Source: a virus (Duplodnaviria > Caudoviricetes). Taken from it: 52,826 bases of DNA. Below are positions 29,197 to 37,405 of this stretch, one piece after another; the first letter of the stretch is position 1, and each line of letters starts with the position of its first letter. The translations under genes were made by a program, and so were the position numbers. Location of the stretch: positions 1-52,826 of IMG/VR virus record IMGVR_UViG_3300025098_000068; one strand, written 5' to 3'. Under the pieces are notes generated by a model, which saw nothing but the letters and a program-made list of their open reading frames with translations, ran no database searches and was not told the DNA's origin.

Positions 29197-29382
29197 ATGG
29201 CTTATTATTTTAGTTGTAACGAATGTAATTATAAAGAGCATTTTAACGATCAATTTAACATTCCAAGTAAAGCTTTAGAGGGGAAGTTAAACGACTATGA
29301 AAGCGTTATTTGCTCAAGTTGTGTATCTCAAAAAGTGAGATTAAAAGGTAACTATATTATTATTGAGAAAGGAAATAAATAA
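29197..29382 (+). CDS. Small zinc-ribbon protein
   Basis: CNEC...CSSC; start at MAYY. Confidence 0.65.
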   Translation: MAYYFSCNECNYKEHFNDQFNIPSKALEGKLNDYESVICSSCVSQKVRLKGNYIIIEKGNK

Positions 29383-29383
29383 A

Positions 29384-29617
29384 ATGACTTTTGATAAGAA
29401 CAGAGATTATAAAACTTTATATTCTACAGATTATGTTTTGGTTGAAGTTGAGAGTCAAAAACCTATTGAAGGATATAATATTATTAATCATTATACTTCA
29501 GTTATTGATGAATATAATTTAATGTTAAGTAAGAATATGTTAGAATATATCCCAATGGATAGACTAACAAGAGAAGAACAAAACAAATATTTAAATGCTA
29601 TGAAAGGAAATAACTAA
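29384..29617 (+). CDS. Hypothetical protein
   Basis: AAGGA SD. Confidence 0.65.
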   Translation: MTFDKNRDYKTLYSTDYVLVEVESQKPIEGYNIINHYTSVIDEYNLMLSKNMLEYIPMDRLTREEQNKYLNAMKGNN

Positions 29618-29937
29618 TGACTATTATTTATGAAAACATGCCTAAAAGATCAATGGGTTTAACAAATGTTGCAAAGGTCGAGAACTTCAAAAGCTTTAGG
29701 TCAGGCAATCCAATTGCTAATCAATTTAGGATTACTTTGCAAAATGGGGCTGAAGTATTTCAATCGTACAATTCTATTGTTGCTGTTAAGGTTGATGGAA
29801 TTACTTTTCTTGATCGCACGTGTTGGGATTACTCCAATACTACCTCAAGATATCGTAAAGAGTTTCTTAATGAAGATACCAAAACGACTAAACAAAAGAT
29901 TAAAGATGATGTTTACATTTTAATGAACTTGAATTAA
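29617..29937 (+). CDS. Conserved phage early protein (FQSY.S.VA...WDYS.TT motif)
   Basis: Motif recalled from phage early genes; coupled. Confidence 0.7.
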   Translation: MTIIYENMPKRSMGLTNVAKVENFKSFRSGNPIANQFRITLQNGAEVFQSYNSIVAVKVDGITFLDRTCWDYSNTTSRYRKEFLNEDTKTTKQKIKDDVYILMNLN

Positions 29938-29956
29938 CATCTAACTTCCTCCCCTT

Positions 29957-29992
29957 AAAACCTCCCTTGATTTAGTTCTTGGGGGGTTTTTT
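29957..29992 (+). terminator. Intrinsic terminator ending the early block
   Basis: AAAACCTCCC...GGGGGGTTTTTT. Confidence 0.75.
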
Positions 29993-30349
29993 GTTGGATT
30001 AATTAGAATAATACTTAAGCGGTTGGTTTTATTGAGTTTCTTGGCGGGTTGTTCTTTTGGGATATGTTCGCAATCTGTACCTCAATCAATCCCTTTTGGG
30101 TTTAACTTGTATAACTAACCAATGACAAATCCTATTACATGGGCGTATGTGTGTGAGTGTATTAGCTCGGTTGGTGGTTGGGTTTGCTTGGTGGGGGGGT
30201 TTTAATCCTATGGAATGAAAACTAAAACCTCAATGATGATTAACATATATTTTAGCCCGTACGGGTACGCAAGGGACACCCCACCCCCCCTAGTATTGGC
30301 TAGCAATGTCGCCATATTTTTATGTGAATTAGTTACTTGTACAGGTTAT

Positions 30350-30410
30350 TCGCACCCTTCAAGTGAGCAGGCAGGAAACCTCGTGGTCGCACCCCTTTGG
30401 TCGCACCCTT
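30350..30410 (+). repeat. Three direct repeats TCGCACCC(C)TT
   Basis: Copies at 30350, 30387 and 30401. Confidence 0.8.
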
Positions 30411-30460
30411 TAGGATACCCCTGTGTGTTGTAGGTGTATTTCCCCGGAGGTTCTACTCCG

Positions 30461-30488
30461 ATTGTATCCATCTTGACGGAAAAGTCAA
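30461..30488 (-). promoter_or_regulatory. Possible leftward promoter overlapping the inverted repeat CTTGAC-N6-GTCAAG
   Basis: TTGACT-N16-TACAAT; inverted repeat at 30472-30489. Confidence 0.45.
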
Positions 30489-30515
30489 GTAAATTCGTCA
30501 CAAAATTTTTTTTAT

Positions 30516-30544
30516 TTGACATTAGGTTAATCTGTACGTATAAT
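30516..30544 (+). promoter_or_regulatory. Consensus sigma70 promoter for the packaging/structural operon
   Basis: TTGACA-N17-TATAAT with an upstream T-tract. Confidence 0.85.
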
Positions 30545-30644
30545 CTAGGTATCAAGACCAGTTAGAGCAGCAGCAATCAATCCTTTCTCGTGCTTTGGCT
30601 CAACTTTTTAGGCTCTTGACTCACTAGAAATGAAGGAATAACCC

Positions 30645-30854
30645 GTGTTTGAAGCAGTTGTACTTGTCTGTTACTTAGGATTGGCGTCCGATTGCCGAGA
30701 ATTACACGATGCACGTGGTCCTTACGACACAGAAATGCTTTGTAAGCAACGAGTTGTCGAAATAACAACAGAATTACCGACTTGGTTACCTAATTACAAG
30801 ATGATGGGATACAGATGTAATGAATTTACTCCCGAAAAAGACTTCCCAGCGTGA
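30645..30854 (+). CDS. Small exported Cys-containing protein
   Basis: GTG start, AAGGA SD, hydrophobic N-terminus, 4 Cys. Confidence 0.65.
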   Translation: MFEAVVLVCYLGLASDCRELHDARGPYDTEMLCKQRVVEITTELPTWLPNYKMMGYRCNEFTPEKDFPA

Positions 30855-31221
30855 AATAACGCCCCAACAAGAAGAATTCCTAACTAATCTGTTCGAGAAT
30901 GGTGGCAATGTCACTGATGCAGCACTTCAAGCGGGCTATGCTAAGGGTAGCATCACATGGTTAAAGAACAGTTTAGCCGATGAGATAATACATCGCACAA
31001 AGAACATACTGTCTATGAACGCATTTAAGGCTGCTACACGCCTAGTAAGCACAATAGACAACCCAGTACCCGAAAGAGGGGACGACCTACGCTTCAGGGC
31101 TGCAGAATCGCTGTTAAACAGGGTAGGACTGGGAAAACAAGAAACAACTAACGTAAATGTGCAAGCAGTACACGGTATTGTGCTGTTACCACCAAAGAAA
31201 GAAGTGGTAATTGATCAATGA
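30820..31221 (+). CDS. terS: Terminase small subunit
   Basis: TPQQEEFL...GNVTDAALQAGY HTH; upstream of TerL. Confidence 0.75.
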   Translation: MNLLPKKTSQREITPQQEEFLTNLFENGGNVTDAALQAGYAKGSITWLKNSLADEIIHRTKNILSMNAFKAATRLVSTIDNPVPERGDDLRFRAAESLLNRVGLGKQETTNVNVQAVHGIVLLPPKKEVVIDQ

Positions 31222-31394
31222 GTTATTTAACTGGAATAAGAATAGTAGCAGGATTAGTTGCACCCGGAATGCTTGATTTAAGGTCAAGTACAAAAAAGAA
31301 GAACCCTAAATTAAAGTTTCCTGAAAGAAAAGAAAATAAGTTTGTACCCAAAGTATATGCAAAAGGGGCAGGATCACGAAAAGTAAATGACTGA
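31218..31394 (+). CDS. 58-aa basic protein ending YAKGAGSRKVND
   Basis: Read by hand; ATGA coupling. Confidence 0.6.
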   Translation: MSYLTGIRIVAGLVAPGMLDLRSSTKKKNPKLKFPERKENKFVPKVYAKGAGSRKVND

Positions 31395-33081
31395 ACCTGC
31401 ACCGAAGCGTGGTCGTGGTCGACCTAAGAAAGACCCCGAAGCACCAAAGCAAAGATATTTCCTGTCTGCCGCAGAAAAGGCAAGACGACAATCACAAAAA
31501 AGATTACGTGACGCAAAGAAACGTGCAGACAAACTAACTAAAGTAGCAGAAAGTAAAAGAAGATATGCCAGAAAGCTTGAAGAGAAAGTTGGTAACGTTG
31601 AGAAAGCTCTTAAGGGAGATGCAACTACCGTTATCGATACAGGCGAGTTATCAACACTTCCTCCACCTGTCCAAGAACTTGTGGGTAGCCGTGAAGTGGT
31701 GTTTCAACCAAATGAAGGACCTCAAGAAGAGTTCCTTTCGTCTAGCGAAAGAGATGTACTCTATGGAGGTGCTGCTGGTGGGGGCAAATCTTTCGCCTTG
31801 CTTGCAGATCCGCTTCGTTACTGCACTAATCCTAATCATAGGGGTCTTCTTCTCAGGCGTACTCTTGACGAACTTACTGAATTAATAGACAAGTCACGTC
31901 AACTCTATCCGAAAGCATTCCCCGGAGCGAAGTTTAGGGAGTCAAAGTCAACGTGGCATTTCCCATCGGGAGCAACCATTTGGTTTACGTATCTAGACAA
32001 AGACAAAGATGTAACCCGATTTCAAGGACAAGCTTTCAACTGGATAGGCATAGACGAGATAACCCAGTACCCGACACCTTACGTGTGGGACTACCTAAGA
32101 TCAAGACTGAGAAGCACCGATCCAGAACTACAAAAGAATTTGTATATGAGGTGTACAGCCAACCCCGGAGGAATCGGTGGCTGGTGGATCAAGAAGATGT
32201 ACATTGACATAGGTGAACACAACAAACCGTTCCCTGCGTCTGACGTCGAAACAGGCAGACCTTTCTTGTGGCCGCAAGGACACGAAAAGGAAGGACAACC
32301 TTTATTTTATCGTAGGTTCATTCCTGCACGTCTAACAGACAATCCGTTCTTGATGGCTGATGGACAATATGAAGCTATGCTTCGTTCACTACCAGAGATA
32401 GAACGTAAAAGATTACTTGAAGGGGATTGGGATGTAGCCGATGGTGCAGCCTTTCCAGAATTTAGTAGAGCTAAACATGTGGTTGAGAGTTTTGAGTTAC
32501 CTACCAACTGGCCCCGAATACGTGCCGCTGACTACGGGTATGCGAGTCCTTCTTGTGTCTTGTGGGGTGCTATTGACTGGGATAACAATATATGGATTTA
32601 TCGTGAATTGTACGTAAAACAGTTGACAGCGGAGCAATTAGCGGATAGAATACTAGAAGCGGAACAATTAGATCCGTTACCTCACTACACAGTATTAGAC
32701 TCATCATGTTGGAACAAGACAGGCTTTGGTCCTTCCATAGCTGAAACAATGATGAGATGTGGCGTTCGTTGGACGCCCTCAGACAGAAACAGAATACAAG
32801 GTAAGATGGAAATTCATCGTAGGCTTGCAGATGACCCAAGAACAAACGAACCTAGATTACGAGTGTTTTCGAGTTGTAGCAACACTGTCAAGCAGTTGGC
32901 AGCAATTCCTCTTTCCAAAACTAACAGCGAAGACGTGGACACAAAAGCAGAAGACCACGCATACGATGCGTTGAGGTACATGTTAATGACAAGGATGACA
33001 GGTTATGCGGCGATTCATCAAACGCTTAATGGTATCAAGAATCAGGTCTATCAAGTCCAAAATGAAACATTCGGGTATTAG
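31387..33081 (+). CDS. terL: Terminase large subunit
   Basis: YGGAAGGGKS Walker A, IGIDE Walker B, TANPGG, ADYG and EDHAYDALRY nuclease motifs. Confidence 0.95.
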   Translation: MTEPAPKRGRGRPKKDPEAPKQRYFLSAAEKARRQSQKRLRDAKKRADKLTKVAESKRRYARKLEEKVGNVEKALKGDATTVIDTGELSTLPPPVQELVGSREVVFQPNEGPQEEFLSSSERDVLYGGAAGGGKSFALLADPLRYCTNPNHRGLLLRRTLDELTELIDKSRQLYPKAFPGAKFRESKSTWHFPSGATIWFTYLDKDKDVTRFQGQAFNWIGIDEITQYPTPYVWDYLRSRLRSTDPELQKNLYMRCTANPGGIGGWWIKKMYIDIGEHNKPFPASDVETGRPFLWPQGHEKEGQPLFYRRFIPARLTDNPFLMADGQYEAMLRSLPEIERKRLLEGDWDVADGAAFPEFSRAKHVVESFELPTNWPRIRAADYGYASPSCVLWGAIDWDNNIWIYRELYVKQLTAEQLADRILEAEQLDPLPHYTVLDSSCWNKTGFGPSIAETMMRCGVRWTPSDRNRIQGKMEIHRRLADDPRTNEPRLRVFSSCSNTVKQLAAIPLSKTNSEDVDTKAEDHAYDALRYMLMTRMTGYAAIHQTLNGIKNQVYQVQNETFGY

Positions 33082-33084
33082 ACA

Positions 33085-35019
33085 ATGGATTTAGAATTAT
33101 TTAAACAAAAAGTACAAGATCGCTCACTGACTGTAGGTGAAGCATTTGACTATGTTGCAGCTAGAAAAGATACAGAAAAACCAGAAACAATAAGAGGCTT
33201 AAAAAACAATGTAGCTGTAGATTTAGACTCCAAGTTTTTTGACACATATAACACTAAAGAATTTTCAGAAGCTTTAGAAGAGCCAGTAAACAGATGGCGA
33301 GAGTATAGTGTATTTGAAGGTCAACTCAGTAAAGGTTTGAGATCAGCAAAAGTAGCCGATGTAAACTACGAGAAGCTTTCTGGTAAAGGTGGTTTAGCTC
33401 AAGAAGCTTTTGGTCTAAAAGGAGTTCAAGACAGACCTAAAGATCCAATGAGAGGAACAATCTACTCTCGTGACTTTGACAGAGTGTACAACAAAGCTTT
33501 ATCTGACCCGTTAATTAATCAAGAAGCAAAAGATTATTTAATATACGAAAAATATACAGGTCAAAGAGTTGAAACAAATATAGGAAAAGAAGGCTTAAAA
33601 ATAACTGATCTTGCTGTGAGTACTGATCCAAACGGTAACGTTGTTGTTAACATAGCGGAAAAGAAAAGTAAAACTAAGACTAGACCTGCTGTTAAATATA
33701 CAGGTGCGTTTGCACAATTTTTGGCTGGTAAAAAAGCACAAGCTATGAAGAGAGAAGCAGGCAGTGATTTTTCAACTAAAAATTTATTTGCTACCACTAA
33801 AAGTGCAACAGAGAAAGTTTGGAATGCACATGTAAAACCTGCGTTAGAAGCTGAGTTTAGTGATTCACTTCCATCAGACGGTAAAGGAGGAGGTAAAGCC
33901 ACCCCTAAAGTTTTAAGAAAAATACTAGCAAGACAATTAGTTGATGAATTTAAATATCCTAGAGATTTAGTCAAAGGGTGGATGGGTCACGCAGGAGCGA
34001 CAGTTACTGCACAAGGTGATTTGCTTGAGCAAAGTTATGTAGGCGTTATAACCGACCCTAGAGTTGGAGAAATTTCAGATAATCTAATTAAGACAGAAGC
34101 TCTTAACTTAGGTAAACCTACTGTAAACGATATGTTCGTAACACGTTCACCAAACACATCAAAAGGTTTTGCAGAAGGAAAAGCATACAATCCTCATTCT
34201 TCCCCTTACACGTTTGGTAAAGAAAATGTAAAGCAGTCTGCGACAGAACTAACAGACATACAAAAGCAAACATTAACAGCAACTCAACAAACACAACTTA
34301 ATGAAGCTCAAGTAAGATTATATGAGTCAGAGACTGCTAGAGATAAAGCAAGACAAGAACGCATCATAGCTTCACAAGACACAATGGTAGAAGACGTCAA
34401 AAAGAAGGAAGCTGAGAAAAAAGTGAGAGCAAAACTAAAAGCAGAATCCAAACTACTCAATGCACCTGCTTCTCCAGACGACTTATCTGACGGTTTAAAA
34501 TCAAAGCTTGCTAAGTTTGGAATAATGCTAGGTAAAAAGATACCAATCGTTGCAGCAGGACTTGCTTACAAAGAAGCAGAAGCAAAAGGTATGTCGCCTG
34601 TTGAATCAGTACTGTATGGTGCTAGTGAACTTACTCCTGTAGCTGCCAGTGATGTTGAAGCAGCAGGAGCTTTTGTGAAACAGGCAAGACAGGAAGGATT
34701 ACCTCAAGCTTTAGGTTTAGATGTTGAAAGACAAGAACAGATGAACAAGCTAAGACAAGAAAGAATGACTGCTAGATCAAGAAAAAATATGCCTAACCCT
34801 AATGATATTCCTGATACAGCAGACCCTGACACACTTCCACCAGAAGCATTAAGAGTTATACAACAAGATGCCAATATGACTAACACAGATTTAGACCCAG
34901 AAGCAGGGTTTATTTCCGAAGCTGATGTAATGAAAAATCAGCAAATGGGTTCACCTACTTCTCAAGGTTTTATGAGTAAGTATGGTGAAGAAGATCAAAA
35001 CCTACTACAAACAACATAA
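33085..35019 (+). CDS. Tyrosine recombinase/integrase-fold protein with long C-terminal extension
   Basis: YTGQR161VE, KSK196TK198, PK275VLR278K, WMGH302, SY318. Confidence 0.7.
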   Translation: MDLELFKQKVQDRSLTVGEAFDYVAARKDTEKPETIRGLKNNVAVDLDSKFFDTYNTKEFSEALEEPVNRWREYSVFEGQLSKGLRSAKVADVNYEKLSGKGGLAQEAFGLKGVQDRPKDPMRGTIYSRDFDRVYNKALSDPLINQEAKDYLIYEKYTGQRVETNIGKEGLKITDLAVSTDPNGNVVVNIAEKKSKTKTRPAVKYTGAFAQFLAGKKAQAMKREAGSDFSTKNLFATTKSATEKVWNAHVKPALEAEFSDSLPSDGKGGGKATPKVLRKILARQLVDEFKYPRDLVKGWMGHAGATVTAQGDLLEQSYVGVITDPRVGEISDNLIKTEALNLGKPTVNDMFVTRSPNTSKGFAEGKAYNPHSSPYTFGKENVKQSATELTDIQKQTLTATQQTQLNEAQVRLYESETARDKARQERIIASQDTMVEDVKKKEAEKKVRAKLKAESKLLNAPASPDDLSDGLKSKLAKFGIMLGKKIPIVAAGLAYKEAEAKGMSPVESVLYGASELTPVAASDVEAAGAFVKQARQEGLPQALGLDVERQEQMNKLRQERMTARSRKNMPNPNDIPDTADPDTLPPEALRVIQQDANMTNTDLDPEAGFISEADVMKNQQMGSPTSQGFMSKYGEEDQNLLQTT

Positions 35020-35033
35020 ATAGGAGGGCAGTT

Positions 35034-35255
35034 ATGCCAAACAATAACTATAACTATGGTGCTGCATACATAATGAACAGCGACAAGACATCAGTTGATG
35101 ATCAAATGGGAGCAGACCAATTGACTCGTATGGGGGCAGACTTTGACACAAAGATTGAAAACTACGACTTACAATCTGACATGCCAAAGAAGCAATCCAA
35201 GCCGACTGTTGAAGCTTCTTTATTTTCAATGGCTGACGACAAAAACTACTTCTAA
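35034..35255 (+). CDS. Small hypothetical head-module protein
   Basis: AGGAGG SD. Confidence 0.75.
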   Translation: MPNNNYNYGAAYIMNSDKTSVDDQMGADQLTRMGADFDTKIENYDLQSDMPKKQSKPTVEASLFSMADDKNYF

Positions 35256-35268
35256 GTAAGGTAAGCAT

Positions 35269-37377
35269 ATGGCTGATAATTTTCTTCAACCCGAAGACGA
35301 TACTGGCGTACCTATATCTAATCCATCGGAGCAGATGCCCGGATTAGCAGGATACGTACGCAGTAAATTCGAGGATTCTGAAAACGGAAGACGTAGTCAC
35401 GAACACAGATGGTTACAAGCTTTTAAAAACTTTAGGGGAATATATGATTCCACAACTCAGTACAGGGATTCCGAACGATCTAAAGTATTTATAAAGATAA
35501 CCAAAACTAAAGTTCTTGCTGCGTATGGTCAGATTATTGATATTCTTTTTGCCAACAAAAAGTTTCCAATAGTCGTTGAGCCAACTCCAATGCCAGAAGG
35601 TATTGAAGAATTTGCACATATGAAAACACCTTTAGACGAAGTCGTAGATCCTTACGGCTTTGAGGGAGATGGCAGAGACGTTCCGCCCGGAGGGTTACAA
35701 GCTAATCAACCACACAAACTAGGAACTTACGATCAAGAGTTCCCAGACATGTTAGCTAAAGGTCCTGCTAAAATGGGTGAACCTCAACTTAAGCCTGCAC
35801 AAGAGATGGCATTACGAATGGAAAAATGTATCCATGATCAGCTTCTCGATACTAATGCAGTCAATGTGTTTAGACAGGCTATATTTGAGTCATCTCTATT
35901 AGGTACAGGAATCATCAAAGGCCCGTTTAACTTTTACAAACGAGTTCACAAGTGGGAGAGAGATGATAATGGTCAGAGAAACTACGTTCCATACGAGAAG
36001 ATTGTACCTCGTATTGAATATGTGTCTGTATGGGACTTCCATCCTGATCCGTCAGCAACAAGCATTGAAGACTGTGAGTACGTAATACAAAGACATCGTA
36101 TGAATCGCCAACAGCTTAGAGGTCTAATACAAAGACCCTACTTTGATGCAAATGCTATTGAAGAATGTTTAGCTAAAGGTGCTAACTACGAAGATAAGTA
36201 CTACGAAGACACTATCAGAGAAGATGAGACTGAGCCATACTACCAAGAAAACAGATATGAAGTTCTTGAATACTGGGGTGTTATAGATAAAAAATATGCC
36301 GACGAAGTTGGTATGGAGGGCGTCGAGGAGATGTCTGAGTTTGATCAGGTACAAGTAAACGTTTGGGTGTGTGGTAACGAAGTTATTCGCTGTGTAGCAA
36401 ACCCGTTTACTCCTGCTAGAATACCATTCCAAGCTTTTCCATTTGAGATAAACCCATATCAACTATGGGGCGTTGGTGTTGCAGAGAACATGGAAGATGC
36501 TCAGTTACTTATGAACGGTCACGTTCGTATGGCTATTGATAACTTGGCACTTGCAGGTAATCTTGTATTCGATGTAGACGAAGCTAGTTTAGTTCCCGGA
36601 CAGAACATGGATATATTTCCCGGAAAGATATTCAGAAGGCAGTCAGGTGTAACAGGAACAGCAATCAACGGTCTTAAGTTTCCAAACACAGCAGGCGAAA
36701 ATATACAGATGTATCAAATATCTAGACAGCTTGCAGATGAAGAAACAGGCATACCGTCAATCATGCACGGTCAAACTGGAGTAACAGGAACAGGTAGAAC
36801 TGCAGCAGGATTATCAATGCTCATGGGTTCTGCAGGTCTTGCCATGAAAACAGTTATAAAAAACATAGATGATAATCTACTTAAGCCAATCGGTGAAGCT
36901 TACTTTCAATGGAACATGCAGTTCAATGAAAACGTAGATGACATAGAAGGTGATCTTGAGATCAAACCTCGTGGTGTAGCGGCAGTGATGCAAAAAGAAG
37001 TAAGAAGCCAAAGACTTACATCTTTACTACAAACTGTAGCAAATCCTATGCTTGCACCATTTATAAAAATACCAAATTTAATGAGAGAATTAGCGATAGC
37101 TCAAGATATTGACCCAGATACACTAGTCAATGATGCAAACGAAGCTCAAATATACGCAGAGATGTTGAAAGGAATGCAACAAGATGCTCAACAAGGAACA
37201 GGCGAGGGTGCTAGCCCCGATAGTCAACAGCAAGGAATGGGACAACCTAGTGGAGTATCTCAGCGACCTGAAGGAACTGACAATCAAGGGTCTGGTAACG
37301 GCACAATCGGAGTCGGAGCTACGCCAACTGCAGGGGAAGCTGGGTTTACTGGAAATGCTCCTCAACCTGAAGAATAA
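35269..37377 (+). CDS. Portal protein
   Basis: 702 aa between terminase and scaffold; KITKTKVLAAY, GTGIIKGP, DFHPDP, GVGVAENM motifs. Confidence 0.88.
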   Translation: MADNFLQPEDDTGVPISNPSEQMPGLAGYVRSKFEDSENGRRSHEHRWLQAFKNFRGIYDSTTQYRDSERSKVFIKITKTKVLAAYGQIIDILFANKKFPIVVEPTPMPEGIEEFAHMKTPLDEVVDPYGFEGDGRDVPPGGLQANQPHKLGTYDQEFPDMLAKGPAKMGEPQLKPAQEMALRMEKCIHDQLLDTNAVNVFRQAIFESSLLGTGIIKGPFNFYKRVHKWERDDNGQRNYVPYEKIVPRIEYVSVWDFHPDPSATSIEDCEYVIQRHRMNRQQLRGLIQRPYFDANAIEECLAKGANYEDKYYEDTIREDETEPYYQENRYEVLEYWGVIDKKYADEVGMEGVEEMSEFDQVQVNVWVCGNEVIRCVANPFTPARIPFQAFPFEINPYQLWGVGVAENMEDAQLLMNGHVRMAIDNLALAGNLVFDVDEASLVPGQNMDIFPGKIFRRQSGVTGTAINGLKFPNTAGENIQMYQISRQLADEETGIPSIMHGQTGVTGTGRTAAGLSMLMGSAGLAMKTVIKNIDDNLLKPIGEAYFQWNMQFNENVDDIEGDLEIKPRGVAAVMQKEVRSQRLTSLLQTVANPMLAPFIKIPNLMRELAIAQDIDPDTLVNDANEAQIYAEMLKGMQQDAQQGTGEGASPDSQQQGMGQPSGVSQRPEGTDNQGSGNGTIGVGATPTAGEAGFTGNAPQPEE

Positions 37378-37405
37378 TCATAAGGAAGTCATAAAGAATG
37401 TCTAG
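37184..37405 (+). CDS. 73-aa helical protein overprinted on the portal C-terminus
   Basis: Amphipathic helices with LRQLQG; stop overlaps the next start. Confidence 0.65.
   Translation: MLNKEQARVLAPIVNSKEWDNLVEYLSDLKELTIKGLVTAQSESELRQLQGKLGLLEMLLNLKNNHKEVIKNV

Noticed and set aside
30256-30265. Palindrome as a protelomerase telRL site
   Set aside because: Only 10 bp perfect, much shorter than known telomere-resolution sites; kept only as part of the terminus region
30350-30410. TCGCACCCTT repeats as a mini-CRISPR
   Set aside because: Repeats too short and spacing irregular
30215-30555. ORFs 30215-30433 (+) and 30346-30555 (-)
   Set aside because: Cross repeats, homopolymers and promoters; weak starts; likely non-coding
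29940-30640. tRNA, tRNA-derived attP or dif-like site
   Set aside because: No cloverleaf, T-loop consensus or dif consensus recognisable by eye
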